A DNA stretch of 64,000 nucleotides from an uncultured Clostridia bacterium (GTDB lineage Bacteria; Bacillota; Clostridia; JAAYHZ01). The stretch spans positions 9,482 through 73,481 of the forward strand of contig CALCRE010000293.1 of assembly GCA_937894465.1 (NCBI GenBank). Direction: 5' to 3'. The translations under genes were made by a program, and so were the position numbers. The notes beneath the pieces were generated by a model. The model saw only the letters and a list, made by a program, of their open reading frames with translations. It was not told the origin of the DNA and searched no databases. Of the stretch, positions 21,598-32,716 are shown one piece after another (the stretch's first letter is position 1; every line of letters starts with the position of its first letter).

Positions 21598-22581
21598 ATG
21601 GAAATAGAGAAAATGATTGAGACGAATTATGATATAAAAGTATCTTCCTATATACCTTATCGAGACGGATTTATTATCAATGCACAAGATAAGAAAAAGT
21701 ATTTCTTTAAATCGGTTAATATCTCGGAAGAGCGTTTGATGTTTATTGACGGTTTAAAAAAGTATCTGGCCCAAAACGGTTTTCATAATACCGACCGATA
21801 CTTGGAAACACATACGCAATCCATTTGTATTGCCGAGGAAAATATTCGATTTGTACTTACGGATTTTATCGCGGGCAGAGAATGTGATTTTTTTGATGCG
21901 AATGACATCACCGATGCCACACGCTTATTAGCCAACTTCCATAAATGCGCCAAAGGATATGATCATCCGGACAATAATTATATGCAAAATTATTTGGGGA
22001 TGACACCAAAGTGGTATGCCAAAAAAATCAAAGAGTTCAATCGTATCAAAAGTCGCGCATCTTTTCGTAAAACCAAGTTTGATTCTCTCCTTATGGAACA
22101 CATAGACTACTTTATAGAACGAAGCACAACCTGTCTGACAAAACTAAAGCAATCCAATTATTTGGAGTTGGTCAAGAAAGCATATAACCGGCTTCCGATT
22201 TGCCACAACGATTTTTCATATTACTCCATTTTATGTAGTGAGAAAGGGTTATTTGTCATCAACTTTGATTCATGTCAATATGAATTATGTGTTTTTGACT
22301 TGATGGACTTTATGGTGAGGAGATTGCGAAAATGTAATTGGGATATTGATGAAGCCAAAAGAATACTGGTCATATACAATGAAATTATCCCATTGTCCAA
22401 GGATGAAATGGACTTGTTGAAAATTATTATACGTTTTCCGGAAAAACTATGTAAGACCATAAATCGATACTACAACAGCAAAAAAAGCAAAGCCAAAACC
22501 GGTTATTTATTAAAACTACAGGAAATCATTGACGAGATCCCTTATTATGAAACATTTATCACTAAGTTTAGCGATCTATAA
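21598..22581 (+). CDS. CotS-family spore coat protein (kinase-like fold)
   Basis: GRECDF, LANFH, ICHNDF, VINFD, FPEK..K.INRYY. Confidence 0.8.
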   Translation: MEIEKMIETNYDIKVSSYIPYRDGFIINAQDKKKYFFKSVNISEERLMFIDGLKKYLAQNGFHNTDRYLETHTQSICIAEENIRFVLTDFIAGRECDFFDANDITDATRLLANFHKCAKGYDHPDNNYMQNYLGMTPKWYAKKIKEFNRIKSRASFRKTKFDSLLMEHIDYFIERSTTCLTKLKQSNYLELVKKAYNRLPICHNDFSYYSILCSEKGLFVINFDSCQYELCVFDLMDFMVRRLRKCNWDIDEAKRILVIYNEIIPLSKDEMDLLKIIIRFPEKLCKTINRYYNSKKSKAKTGYLLKLQEIIDEIPYYETFITKFSDL

Positions 22582-23883
22582 AACAGATACATGATCCCCA
22601 AACTTGCTCTTATTCAAGTACAAATACACAATCAACAAGGAGTTCACGATAAAGCTGATGATGAATACAAATTGAATCTGGCTGTTGGGGAAAAACTCCC
22701 CTGTCATCACAGGCAAATTGACACGAAGAAGGTTTCCGGCAAAGGGACCTAAAATGCATCCGACTCCCACGACCATATTGTAAAAACCCTCGTACACGGA
22801 TTTTTGTAAGGCCGGCATGCTATTAAATCTTAAATTCAATGTAGCTAATACCAAGCCGCTATTTGCGATTCCGGAAAAGGCATGGGACAAGAAAAGCACC
22901 CAGACACTTTTGTTGGTGGCAAAAGCCCAGCTGATGTACTCAAGGCTAAAACACACCAGGCAACCAATAAAAACCGCATACCAACCTTTCTTTATACCCA
23001 TCCTCCCCCATACGGGCGAGACCACCCCTTGGACAATCATTCGAAAAGAAAAAAGGACAGAGTACAATAAATAGGAGATCTCCATGTACCTAAGCATATA
23101 TATATTCCGGAAGGAGTAGCATAACCATGCAATAAAAAAGAAAATCGCAATATAAAGGGTCAGATTACGAAAAGACTTGTTTTTTAAGGGAATCGTGATC
23201 AAATCCGCCAACTTGGTCTTTTCTTCGGACAGATGATACTCCACATCGGTGATTCTACGTAATTGATAGTATTGTATCATAGCTAATAAGAAGGCTACGC
23301 CGTATATGATGAGAAACCCGGTATACCCTCTATGAAAGTAATCCAAAACAAATCCTAAAACAAAAACTACAACACAAGTCAGGAATTTATCCAGTATCTC
23401 CCTTTTGGCAAAATATTCACCTCTATATTGTGGTAGGACAATTTCCATCACCCAAACATTCGTACCTGCTGTTACCATACCGTATAAAATGATTCCGACA
23501 GCCGTGACAAAAAGTAATATAAGTCCAGCGGTTTCACCTTTTACAAATAAGGGAATGAGCACGAGGCCACACAATAAAATATATCCGGCCAACTGCATGA
23601 GGGAAATGACATTTCTCCTCCGAGTCAATCGTTCAAAAATCAAAGGAGATAGAAACATCGGTAAAAAGCTGTACACTGACATGGAAGAAACAATACTCGA
23701 TAAAGTATCTCCGGCGCCGACGAAAATGGCAAACCCGGATAAATACACCGAGATTGCTATCGTACTTGCAGTAAGCCCTCCTGCATTAGCGATATAAAAT
23801 CTTGTCATATCTTTTTTTGTTTTCTCATCTATATTGGTATAGTTCCCATAGAAAACAAAAAATTGTTTAATCCTTTTAAACAT
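22576..23883 (-). CDS. MFS transporter
   Basis: About 12 hydrophobic segments; RGEYFAKRE and WGRMG loops. Confidence 0.8.
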   Translation of the reverse strand: MFKRIKQFFVFYGNYTNIDEKTKKDMTRFYIANAGGLTASTIAISVYLSGFAIFVGAGDTLSSIVSSMSVYSFLPMFLSPLIFERLTRRRNVISLMQLAGYILLCGLVLIPLFVKGETAGLILLFVTAVGIILYGMVTAGTNVWVMEIVLPQYRGEYFAKREILDKFLTCVVVFVLGFVLDYFHRGYTGFLIIYGVAFLLAMIQYYQLRRITDVEYHLSEEKTKLADLITIPLKNKSFRNLTLYIAIFFFIAWLCYSFRNIYMLRYMEISYLLYSVLFSFRMIVQGVVSPVWGRMGIKKGWYAVFIGCLVCFSLEYISWAFATNKSVWVLFLSHAFSGIANSGLVLATLNLRFNSMPALQKSVYEGFYNMVVGVGCILGPFAGNLLRVNLPVMTGEFFPNSQIQFVFIISFIVNSLLIVYLYLNKSKFGDHVSVL

Positions 23884-23901
23884 TTCTCCCCTTATTCTAT
23901 A

Positions 23902-25572
23902 TTAAAACAACCCTGTAAACGTTCCGTCACTCAATATATCCATATTTTCAGCGGCCGGTTTTTTCGGCAGTCCCGGCATGGTCATGATATTTCCTGTGAT
24001 CACCACGATAAAACCCGCTCCGGCTGACAGCTTCACTTCCCGGACAGTAATCTCGAAATCTTCCGGACGCCCTGTTAAACTTGCATCATCAGATAAAGAA
24101 TACTGAGTTTTGGCCATACATACAGGTAAGTTGGAGAACCCCATCTTCTCTAACTGTTCAATTTCCTTTTCCGCTGATTTTACATAATTCACACCTGCGC
24201 CACCATAAATTTCTGTGACAATCAAGCGGATCTTTTCTTTAATCGGCAAATCCACATCATATAAAGGCTTAAAGCTAGAAGGTTCTTTCTCCAATAAGTC
24301 CAATAATTTTGCCGCTACATCCAAGCCACCCTCGCCACCTTTGACAAACACATCCGATACAGCAGCTTCCGTTCCGTTTTGACGACACAACTCCATAACT
24401 GCTTCTATTTCAGCCTGAGTATCCGTGCCGAAGCGATTGATCACAACTAAAGCAGGAACGCCAAACTTTTTGACATTCTCCATATGCTTTTGCAAATTGC
24501 AAAAACCATTGCGTACTGCCTCAACATTCTCCACAGAGAGATTTTCGCCGGATATTCCGCCGTTGTATTTAAGCGCCCGAATAGTTGCCACAATCACAGC
24601 TACATCCGGTTTAAGATTTGCATATCTACATTTGATGTCAAAAAACTTTTCTGCCCCCAAATCGGCACCAAAGCCTGCTTCGGTCACCACGTAATCAGCA
24701 AGTTTGAGCCCCATGCGTGTGGCTATGACACTGTTACATCCATGAGCAATATTGGCGAAAGGCCCTCCGTGTACCAAAGCCGGGGTATTCTCCAATGTCT
24801 GAACCAAATTCGGTTTGATGGCATCCTTGAGCAGCAAAGCCATGGCTCCTTGTACTTTTAAGTCCTCCACTCGGATGGGTTGCCCTGTTACGGAATAAGC
24901 AACGACAATTCTCTTGATTCTTTCCTTTAAATCATCCAAATCATTGGCTAAACACAAAATGGCCATCAATTCGGATGCTACGGTAATAATGAACCCATCT
25001 TCTCTGGGGACACCGTTTATTTTCCCGCCTAGCCCCACAACAATTTCTCGCAAAGCACGGTCGTTCATATCCATGGATCTTTTCCACATAATCGAAGCAG
25101 GGTGAATATTCAAGCTGTTTCCCTGGTGAATATGGTTGTCTATACAAGCACTTAAAAGATTGTTAGCAGCAGTTAAGGCATGCATATCTCCGGTAAAATG
25201 AAGGTTGATGTCCTCCATGGGAACCACTTGGGAATATCCGCCTCCGGCAGCGCCGCCTTTCATCCCCATCACCGGGCCTAACGAAGGTTCCCGTAAACAT
25301 ATGACCGCTTTTTTACCCGCTTTACACAAAGCTTGCCCCAAGCCGATGGTCATGGTGGTTTTCCCTTCTCCTGCAGGGGTGGGATTAATTGCAGTCACTA
25401 ATATTAATTTCCCGTCCCTTTTCTCCTTGATCCGGTTAAAAAAGTCCAATGAAATTTTTGCTTTGTATCGTCCGTATAATTCGATATATTCTTCAGGTAT
25501 GCCCAATCCACAGGCGATATCCATAATAGGTTTCATATTACACCTAGTGACTATGTCAATGTCAGATTTCAT
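23902..25572 (-). CDS. fhs: Formate--tetrahydrofolate ligase
   Basis: [31 protein letters not shown]; start MKSDIDI after GAGG. Confidence 0.97.
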   Translation of the reverse strand: MKSDIDIVTRCNMKPIMDIACGLGIPEEYIELYGRYKAKISLDFFNRIKEKRDGKLILVTAINPTPAGEGKTTMTIGLGQALCKAGKKAVICLREPSLGPVMGMKGGAAGGGYSQVVPMEDINLHFTGDMHALTAANNLLSACIDNHIHQGNSLNIHPASIMWKRSMDMNDRALREIVVGLGGKINGVPREDGFIITVASELMAILCLANDLDDLKERIKRIVVAYSVTGQPIRVEDLKVQGAMALLLKDAIKPNLVQTLENTPALVHGGPFANIAHGCNSVIATRMGLKLADYVVTEAGFGADLGAEKFFDIKCRYANLKPDVAVIVATIRALKYNGGISGENLSVENVEAVRNGFCNLQKHMENVKKFGVPALVVINRFGTDTQAEIEAVMELCRQNGTEAAVSDVFVKGGEGGLDVAAKLLDLLEKEPSSFKPLYDVDLPIKEKIRLIVTEIYGGAGVNYVKSAEKEIEQLEKMGFSNLPVCMAKTQYSLSDDASLTGRPEDFEITVREVKLSAGAGFIVVITGNIMTMPGLPKKPAAENMDILSDGTFTGLF

Positions 25573-25655
25573 ATATTTACCTCGATTTCTAATGCTTAAA
25601 AAACGCATGCATAGATTATATCCGTAACATCTTAATAATTCAATAGACAAATAAA

Positions 25656-25685
25656 TGTCCGGTTGATCAACCGATCAACCGGACA
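25656..25685 (-). terminator. Stem-loop between gcvPB and fhs
   Basis: TGTCCGGTTGATC-aacc-GATCAACCGGACA. Confidence 0.7.
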
Positions 25686-25709
25686 CTTATATATTCAAAC
25701 AATTTTGGT

Positions 25710-27149
25710 TCACTCCATGTATTTAATGACAGGATTTCTAGCCGCAGCCACTTCGTCCAACCGCCTCACAGTTTTGGTGTGAGGTGTGGTTTTCAGCAAT
25801 TCAGGATCGTTAATCCCTTCTTGGTATATTTGCTCCATCAAATCACAAAAGCGGTCTAAAGTCTCCTTACTCTCGGTTTCCGTCGGCTCGATCATTAATG
25901 CCTCTGAAACAATTGCGGGAAAATACATGGTAGGAGGATGAATTCCGAAGTCAATCAAGCGCTTGGCCGCATCTTTTGCATGAATTCCCTGATCAAGCAA
26001 TGTATCGTAGGAGACAATAAATTCATGCATGAATCCTTTGTCAAAGGGAATCTTTAGGAATTCACCTAATCGCTTGGCGATATAATTAGCATTTAAAACA
26101 GCATTTTCTGCAACTTGGATCAAGCCTTCCCTGCCTAAGTTCAGGATATAGCAATAAGCCTTCACCAAAACACCGAAGTTTCCGTAGAAAGAATGAATCT
26201 TTCCGATGGAACAAGGTGAACTGTAGTCAAGAAAATACCGATCCGAATCTTTTTTTACCACCGGATTAGGGAGATATTCTTCCAAAAACTTTTTCACACC
26301 GATGGGACCGGATCCGGGTCCGCCTCCTCCGTGAGGTGTGGAGAAGGTTTTATGCAAATTAAAATGCACCAAATCAAATCCCATATCGCCGGGTCTCACA
26401 ATACCAACGATAGCGTTGGCATTTGCACCATCATAATACAAAAGTCCATTGACGGAATGGATGACAGATGCAATTTCTTCTATATGCTCTTCAAACACGC
26501 CTACTGTATTCGGGTTGGTTAACATCAAGCCCGCCACACCGTCATGAACCATTTCTTTTAGTTGTTGCAGGTCGGTTTGTCCCTTTTGGTCGCTTGGGAT
26601 GGTTTGTACCGTAAACCCGGCCAAAGCTGCTGATGCGGGATTGGTTCCATGAGAAGAATCCGGTACCAAAATAATATTCTTATGTTCCAAGCCGTGATCA
26701 TTCAAATACTTCCTCATAATCATCAATCCGGTGATTTCTCCCTGAGCTCCTGCAGCAGGCTGCAAAGAGAAAGCATCCATTCCGGCAATCTCACATAATA
26801 GTTGTTGCAAACAGTGCATCAGCTCCAAGCAACCTTGCACAGTATGCTCCGGTTGCAGCGGGTGCACATCGGAAAAGCCGGGCAAAGCAGCCATATATTC
26901 GTTTATTTTCGGATTATACTTCATGGTGCAGGATCCTAATGGATAAAAGTTAGCATCCACACCGAAGTTTTTTGTGGAAAGGTCGGTATAGTGACGTACG
27001 ACATCCGGTTCGCTAACCTCCGGCAGATCAGCCGGTGTTTTACGCATATATTTTTTAGAAAGTGTATTCATGTAGTCCGGTGTATCCATTTTTGGTAAAT
27101 GTATGGCTCTTCTTCCGGGTTTACCTTTTTCAAATATTAGTTTTGTCAT
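25710..27149 (-). CDS. gcvPB: Glycine dehydrogenase subunit 2
   Basis: PLGSCTMKYNP, HFNLHKTFSTPHGGGGPG PLP site. Confidence 0.96.
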   Translation of the reverse strand: MTKLIFEKGKPGRRAIHLPKMDTPDYMNTLSKKYMRKTPADLPEVSEPDVVRHYTDLSTKNFGVDANFYPLGSCTMKYNPKINEYMAALPGFSDVHPLQPEHTVQGCLELMHCLQQLLCEIAGMDAFSLQPAAGAQGEITGLMIMRKYLNDHGLEHKNIILVPDSSHGTNPASAALAGFTVQTIPSDQKGQTDLQQLKEMVHDGVAGLMLTNPNTVGVFEEHIEEIASVIHSVNGLLYYDGANANAIVGIVRPGDMGFDLVHFNLHKTFSTPHGGGGPGSGPIGVKKFLEEYLPNPVVKKDSDRYFLDYSSPCSIGKIHSFYGNFGVLVKAYCYILNLGREGLIQVAENAVLNANYIAKRLGEFLKIPFDKGFMHEFIVSYDTLLDQGIHAKDAAKRLIDFGIHPPTMYFPAIVSEALMIEPTETESKETLDRFCDLMEQIYQEGINDPELLKTTPHTKTVRRLDEVAAARNPVIKYME

Positions 27150-28489
27150 GACATATCACCTGCCATTTCCACAACAAGATCCATTTCCTTCTTGGTTCTT
27201 TTTTCAGTCACTGCAATTAATAAACTGTTTTTCATATCAGAAAACTCATTGGCAAGGCCATAGCCTAAAAGAATCTTATTATTCAAGTAAGCATCTTGAA
27301 TTTGCTTCACATTCACCCCGGCATCCAAAACAAACTCATTAAAGAATTCAGAGGTAAATCGTTCTTTGAAAAGACGGGTTTCCTTAAGACCGTTATACAA
27401 ATAATGGGCTTTATTAAAACTCAATTTTGCAACGTCCACAACGCCTTGTTTTCCTAACACCGACAAGTAAATAGCTGCTGCAAGTGCATTAAGAGCTTGG
27501 TTGGAACAAATGTTGGAGCTTGCTTTTTCTCTTCTGATATGTTGCTCCCTGGCTTGCATCGTCAACACATACCCGGCTTTACCTTCTAAGTCCTTTGTCA
27601 TTCCCACAATCCTGCCCGGCATTTTACGAATCAAAGGCTTTGATACGGCGAAAAATCCGAGGTAAGGCCCTCCGAAGGACAACCCGTTTCCAAGCTCTTG
27701 CCCTTCCCCTGTAACGATATCGGCCTCGTACTCTCCGGGAGACTGTAAGATTCCCAAACTGATGGGATTTACCGAAACAATCAAATGCAATCCATTCCTT
27801 TTAGCGAATTCCGAAGCGCTTTCCATGTCCTCCAAACATCCGAAATAGTTGGGGTTTTGGAGAATCAAGCATCCGCTCTCAGCTAAATCGTCTTTCGAAA
27901 TAGATTCTAAGTCGGTTACTCCGTCTGCTGAATCAATTTCAACTGTTTTCATATCCTTGTACCTAACATAGGTGTCAAGAACCTGTCTATACCTAGGGTT
28001 TAAACATCCACTCACCAATACTCGGCTTTTTCTTTTTACACTGTTCGACAAGGAGACCGCCTCCGCTAAAGCAGAACCTCCGTCGTAAACAGATGCATTG
28101 GATCCTTCCATTCCGGTTAAATTGCATATCAAAGATTGATATTCAAAGATCGCTTGCAGCAATCCTTGGCTGGCTTCTGCTTGATAAGGTGTGTACGCCG
28201 TTAAAAATTCCTGCCTTGAAATCAATGCTTTTACAACCGCAGGGATATATCGGTCATAAGCTCCTGCTCCGATAAAACAAACTGCATCATTCACATTTAA
28301 GTTTTTTCCGGACAAAGAGCGCAATTTGCCCTCTAGCTCTATATCCGATAAACCCTCAGGAATATTCATTCCGTTTCTATCCTTAATGGAGTCGGGTATG
28401 CAATCAAATAACCGGTCTACACTGTCAATCCCTATATAGGAAAGCATTTCGGCTTTTTGAGCCTGTGTATTCGGGATATATTTGTTCAT
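27146..28489 (-). CDS. gcvPA: Glycine dehydrogenase subunit 1
   Basis: YTPYQAEASQG, REQHIRREKASSNICSNQ. Confidence 0.96.
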   Translation of the reverse strand: MNKYIPNTQAQKAEMLSYIGIDSVDRLFDCIPDSIKDRNGMNIPEGLSDIELEGKLRSLSGKNLNVNDAVCFIGAGAYDRYIPAVVKALISRQEFLTAYTPYQAEASQGLLQAIFEYQSLICNLTGMEGSNASVYDGGSALAEAVSLSNSVKRKSRVLVSGCLNPRYRQVLDTYVRYKDMKTVEIDSADGVTDLESISKDDLAESGCLILQNPNYFGCLEDMESASEFAKRNGLHLIVSVNPISLGILQSPGEYEADIVTGEGQELGNGLSFGGPYLGFFAVSKPLIRKMPGRIVGMTKDLEGKAGYVLTMQAREQHIRREKASSNICSNQALNALAAAIYLSVLGKQGVVDVAKLSFNKAHYLYNGLKETRLFKERFTSEFFNEFVLDAGVNVKQIQDAYLNNKILLGYGLANEFSDMKNSLLIAVTEKRTKKEMDLVVEMAGDMS

Positions 28490-28866
28490 TGATCCAACTC
28501 CTCAATATATTTTGTGTATTCATCAGCACTCAATAATCCTTCAAGGTCATTGTCCTCTTGTTGAATCACAAAGATATAGTTGGTGTAGCAATCCGAGTTG
28601 ATCAGTTCCGGTTGGTTTTCCAGCGCATGATTGACCGCTTTCACGGAACCTTTCACCGGCATATAGATATCTGATGCCGTTTTCACCGATTCCACCACTG
28701 AAACCGCTTCTGAAGCTTCAAACTCGTCACCAACTTCCGGTAACTCCACATACACGATATCTCCGAGCTGATCTTGCGCATAATGTGTGATGCCTACATA
28801 AAGACCCTCGTCGGTCACCTTAATCCATTCATGTTCCTTTGTGTAATATAAATGTTTTGGTATCAT
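28486..28866 (-). CDS. gcvH: Glycine cleavage H protein
   Basis: YTKEHEW, VESVKTASD lipoyl-lysine motif. Confidence 0.96.
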   Translation of the reverse strand: MIPKHLYYTKEHEWIKVTDEGLYVGITHYAQDQLGDIVYVELPEVGDEFEASEAVSVVESVKTASDIYMPVKGSVKAVNHALENQPELINSDCYTNYIFVIQQEDNDLEGLLSADEYTKYIEELDQ

Positions 28867-28880
28867 TTAATGCTGCTCCT

Positions 28881-29951
28881 TTACTTCCTATATTTCTTAT
28901 TATAAAAAGGCATATTTGCCCTTTTGGCTTTCATGGGTTTGTTACGAATCATTATTTCAAATTCATCATCCCCATATTCCTTCTTTTCCACCAAACATAT
29001 CGCATAAACACCGTTTAAAGAAGGACAAAAATTCCCTGTTGTAACAATTCCGATTTCCTTATGATCATCATACACTAAAAAACCGGTTCGGGGTATGCTT
29101 CTGCCTTCCATTTCTAATCCGATCAACATTCTTTTTGGCTCTTCCAAAGCATCTTTCCCTACAAAATCTCCTTTATTCAAATGAACAAACGCAGAAAGGT
29201 TTGCTTCCAAAGGTGAAATGGTCTCATCCAACTCTTGACCATAAAGTGGCAAACATGCTTCAAATCTCAGTGTGTCCCTGGCACCTAATCCTATGGGCTT
29301 GACAATGGGGTTCTCCAATAAAGCGGTCCAAATACCCTTGGCGCCAACCGGATCACAATAAATTTCAAACCCGTCTTCTCCGGTATATCCGGTTCGAGAG
29401 ATCAGACAATCAGTTCCATTTACACTAGCATTATTTTTAAAACGGAAAAACTTCAATGCAGAAAGATCAAAATCACATAGAGGCTGTAGGACTTCCTGAC
29501 TTTTGGGTCCTTGGACGGCAATCTGGGCAAATGTATCACTTTTATTCTCTACCGAAACGTCAAATCCTTCTTTTAAGGAATTGATCCGATCGAAATCCTT
29601 TTGAATGTTTGAAGCGTTCACCACCAGCAAATATTCCGAAGGCCCGATTCCGTAAACGATCAAATCATCTACAGTTTTTCCTTCTTCGTTTAATAAAATG
29701 GCATACACCGCTTTTTGATTGGCATATGAATTCTTCACATCTGCTGTTAAAATATATTGTAAGAATTCTGTGCTCTGTGGGCCCTTGACAACAATTTCCC
29801 CCATGTGAGAAACATCAAAAATACCTGCTTGGCTTCTTACATGCAAATGTTCACTGACAATCCCTTCAAATTGAATAGGTAAATCCCATCCGTGAAAATC
29901 CGTCATCTTTCCACCTAATGATTTGTGTAGATCAAATAAGACTGTTTTCAT
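28881..29951 (-). CDS. gcvT: Aminomethyltransferase (glycine cleavage T protein)
   Basis: FDVSHMGE, SRTGYTGEDGFE, GLGARDTLRFEA; start MKTVL after GGAAAGGG. Confidence 0.96.
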   Translation of the reverse strand: MKTVLFDLHKSLGGKMTDFHGWDLPIQFEGIVSEHLHVRSQAGIFDVSHMGEIVVKGPQSTEFLQYILTADVKNSYANQKAVYAILLNEEGKTVDDLIVYGIGPSEYLLVVNASNIQKDFDRINSLKEGFDVSVENKSDTFAQIAVQGPKSQEVLQPLCDFDLSALKFFRFKNNASVNGTDCLISRTGYTGEDGFEIYCDPVGAKGIWTALLENPIVKPIGLGARDTLRFEACLPLYGQELDETISPLEANLSAFVHLNKGDFVGKDALEEPKRMLIGLEMEGRSIPRTGFLVYDDHKEIGIVTTGNFCPSLNGVYAICLVEKKEYGDDEFEIMIRNKPMKAKRANMPFYNKKYRK

Positions 29952-30012
29952 ATATTTCTTTCCCTTTCCGAAAATATTGCTAATAAAAAAACAAGAAAAA
30001 CTATACGCCATT

Positions 30013-30188
30013 TTCCCTGTTTTGTTACCTGAGAGATTCTATTTTTCAATATTGCTCCTTCGGTGCTTTATGCTTTTCAGAGTGTTGTCCGGATCCGGTC
30101 CTCTTGCCTGAAAGGTTCATCTGTTGTCGACATTCAACAGACTTGCTTCTTCGGCTTCCTGTCTTATACAGGAAATCTCCCGAAATCC
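30013..30188 (-). ncRNA. Tandem glycine riboswitch
   Basis: Minus strand reads GGGAGA...CCGAAGAAGCAA...CTTTCAGG...GGAC (aptamer 1), then CTCTGAAAAG...CACCGAAGGAGCAA...CTCTCAGGTA...ACAGGG (aptamer 2), directly upstream of gcvT. Confidence 0.92.
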
Positions 30189-30247
30189 ATCAATCAACTG
30201 CCAAATATTTCACTTTAATTTCAGTATATGCACGAAACAGGTAAATG

Positions 30248-31549
30248 TCAATGGCCTATGTGGCTAGTTTGTGAATCCATATCTAATATATTCATCACAT
30301 ATCGAATCAAATCCTCTTTTTTGTTTTTAACATAGCCTTGTATCACATGGTCTGTCAACAAGTCCAAGCATTCCCCGATCTTTACACCTTCTTTCAGACC
30401 CGCTTCGATCAAATCATTGCCGTCTATATGAAGTTGGGAAACAGACCAGCAATAATCTCCGGATAGGATCTCCATTGCCTTCTTACGACAAGCAATCACA
30501 AGATTAAGCTGTTCCCGGTCAATTTGACGGCCTTTTAAGCAAGCTTCCCTCAATTCTAATAGATTGATAAAGATATCAGATCCAAATCTCTTAAACTGCC
30601 TTAAAATACTTGCATTACTATTTTCGATATATATGGATTGGTTTTCGACTAATGATACCGTCTTTTGAAGGGTATCATTGTCATATTTAAATTGTTTCAA
30701 TGTCCTTCGAGCTGCCAAAGCGCTATGAGGAGGGTCCGATTCAATTTCATGAAACAACAACGCAAGCCGCACAGGAAGATCCAGAGGAGCCTTACTTATA
30801 CTCAAAGCCGTGTGTTTCCATACATCTGCTCCTGATACATCCTTCCGTAAGGTACAAAAACTTACCTCAGGCAAGAGGACTCCAAACACCTCGGCGAACT
30901 CCGTTAAAACACGCTCCACGTTATCCCCCATAAGAAGTTTGTTCACCTCGCAGGCAATTCGCTCCACAGAAATCCGCTTCAACAACTGTTTGTTATTTCC
31001 AATGGCAAAAGCGGTGTTTTCTTCGACTCTATAGCGTAAGATCGACGAAAACCGCAACGCCCGCAAAATTCTCAAAGCATCTTCTGCAAACCGCTCATTA
31101 GCATCCCCTACACATCGAATCCTTTTGTTATTTAAATCATCTAATCCTCCGAAAAAATCCATCAACCCGCCTTTGGGATTATAGGCCATTGCATTGATTG
31201 TGAAATCTCTCCGACGGCAGTCCTCTTGTAAAGAAGGAGTGAAGAACACTTGATCCGGTCGGCGGTAATCGCTATAAGCCGAATCAAGCCGGTAGGTAGT
31301 AATTTGCAGCTCCATCCGGTCTATGATCACCATCACAGTTCCATATTTTATACCTGTATCGATAGTTCGGCACATAGAAAAGCAAGCTTTGATTTCATCC
31401 GGCATAGCGCTTGTACAGATATCCCAATCATCCGGAGTTTTCAAAAGCAACGAATCCCTGACGCACCCTCCTACGACAAAGGCTTCATGCCCTCCTCGTT
31501 CCAATTGATCCAATGCCATAAGCACCGGTGCAGGTAAAAGGATTTTCAT
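30248..31549 (-). CDS. cca: CCA tRNA nucleotidyltransferase family
   Basis: VVGGCVRD...DWD, RRDFTINAMA, EDALRILRALRF. Confidence 0.9.
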   Translation of the reverse strand: MKILLPAPVLMALDQLERGGHEAFVVGGCVRDSLLLKTPDDWDICTSAMPDEIKACFSMCRTIDTGIKYGTVMVIIDRMELQITTYRLDSAYSDYRRPDQVFFTPSLQEDCRRRDFTINAMAYNPKGGLMDFFGGLDDLNNKRIRCVGDANERFAEDALRILRALRFSSILRYRVEENTAFAIGNNKQLLKRISVERIACEVNKLLMGDNVERVLTEFAEVFGVLLPEVSFCTLRKDVSGADVWKHTALSISKAPLDLPVRLALLFHEIESDPPHSALAARRTLKQFKYDNDTLQKTVSLVENQSIYIENSNASILRQFKRFGSDIFINLLELREACLKGRQIDREQLNLVIACRKKAMEILSGDYCWSVSQLHIDGNDLIEAGLKEGVKIGECLDLLTDHVIQGYVKNKKEDLIRYVMNILDMDSQTSHIGH

Positions 31550-31553
31550 AATT

Positions 31554-32702
31554 TTATGGGTTAAAATCAGCCGGTCTTTGCTTTAGAATACCAAATTCAT
31601 AAAGAATGGCATTCACGATTCGTTCAGATGCATATCCGTCTCCGTACGGATTAACGGCACGAGCCATCTTATTGTATACATCCTGATCATCCAGCAACTC
31701 GGCACAGCATGCAGCAACATGGTTCCGGTCGGTACCCACCAATTTTACCGTTCCTGCCAGCACCGCTTCTTGCCGTTCGGTTTCGTTTCGCAAAACCAAC
31801 ACCGGTTTTCCCAAAGCAGGTCCTTCTTCCTGTAATCCGCCGGAATCGGTAACCACCATATAGGACTTACCCATTAGATTATGCATATCCCATACATCTG
31901 TAGGATCGATCAAATGAATCCGTTCATGCCGCAAAATCGGGTATACAATTTCCCTAACCGCAGGGTTCATGTGTACGGAATAAATAATTTCAACATCAGA
32001 AAATCGCTTTGCAGTGTCCAACAAAGCGTAACAAATATCTTGTAAGGGTTCACCGATGTTTTCACGACGATGTGCTGTGACTGCGATAACTCTTTTATTT
32101 GAAAAATCATACTCCCTTAAGAAAGGATTCTTGAATTGGTAGTCCGGTGTCACGGAGTTTTTTACTACGTCGATCGAAGTGTTTCCGGTAATATAGATGT
32201 GCTCCGGACTGATGCCTTCGTTGAGTAAGTTTTTCTTGTTTTCATAAGTAGGCGAAAAATGAAACTCTGCCATTCGCCCTGTAAGCACCCTGTTCATCTC
32301 TTCCGGGAATGGCAGGTACTTGTCAAAAGATCTTAACCCCGCTTCCACATGGCCACACAGAACCTTGTTGTAAAAGGAAGCCAATGCACAAGATAAGCAG
32401 GTGTTTGTATCACCGTGAACCAATGTGATATCCGGTTTTTCTTTGACCAACACTTCCTTAAACCCGTTTAAAATATCCGATGTCACCGATTCAAGGGTTT
32501 GCCTGGGCTTCATGATCTTTAAATCATAATCAGGCTTAATACCGAATACCTCCAGTACTTGGTCCAACATCTCCTTATGTTGGCCGGTACTGCATACCAC
32601 AAGATCTATATGCTCACATTCTCTTAATGCCCGGATTAACGGTGCCATCTTGATGGCGTCCGGTCTTGTTCCGAAAACAGGTAGCACTTTAATTTTTTTC
32701 AT
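31554..32702 (-). CDS. wecB: UDP-N-acetylglucosamine 2-epimerase (non-hydrolysing)
   Basis: FGTRP, TGQH, HVEAGLRS, TDSGGLQEE, NPYGDG. Confidence 0.95.
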   Translation of the reverse strand: MKKIKVLPVFGTRPDAIKMAPLIRALRECEHIDLVVCSTGQHKEMLDQVLEVFGIKPDYDLKIMKPRQTLESVTSDILNGFKEVLVKEKPDITLVHGDTNTCLSCALASFYNKVLCGHVEAGLRSFDKYLPFPEEMNRVLTGRMAEFHFSPTYENKKNLLNEGISPEHIYITGNTSIDVVKNSVTPDYQFKNPFLREYDFSNKRVIAVTAHRRENIGEPLQDICYALLDTAKRFSDVEIIYSVHMNPAVREIVYPILRHERIHLIDPTDVWDMHNLMGKSYMVVTDSGGLQEEGPALGKPVLVLRNETERQEAVLAGTVKLVGTDRNHVAACCAELLDDQDVYNKMARAVNPYGDGYASERIVNAILYEFGILKQRPADFNP

Positions 32703-32716
32703 ATCATACCGCCTTT

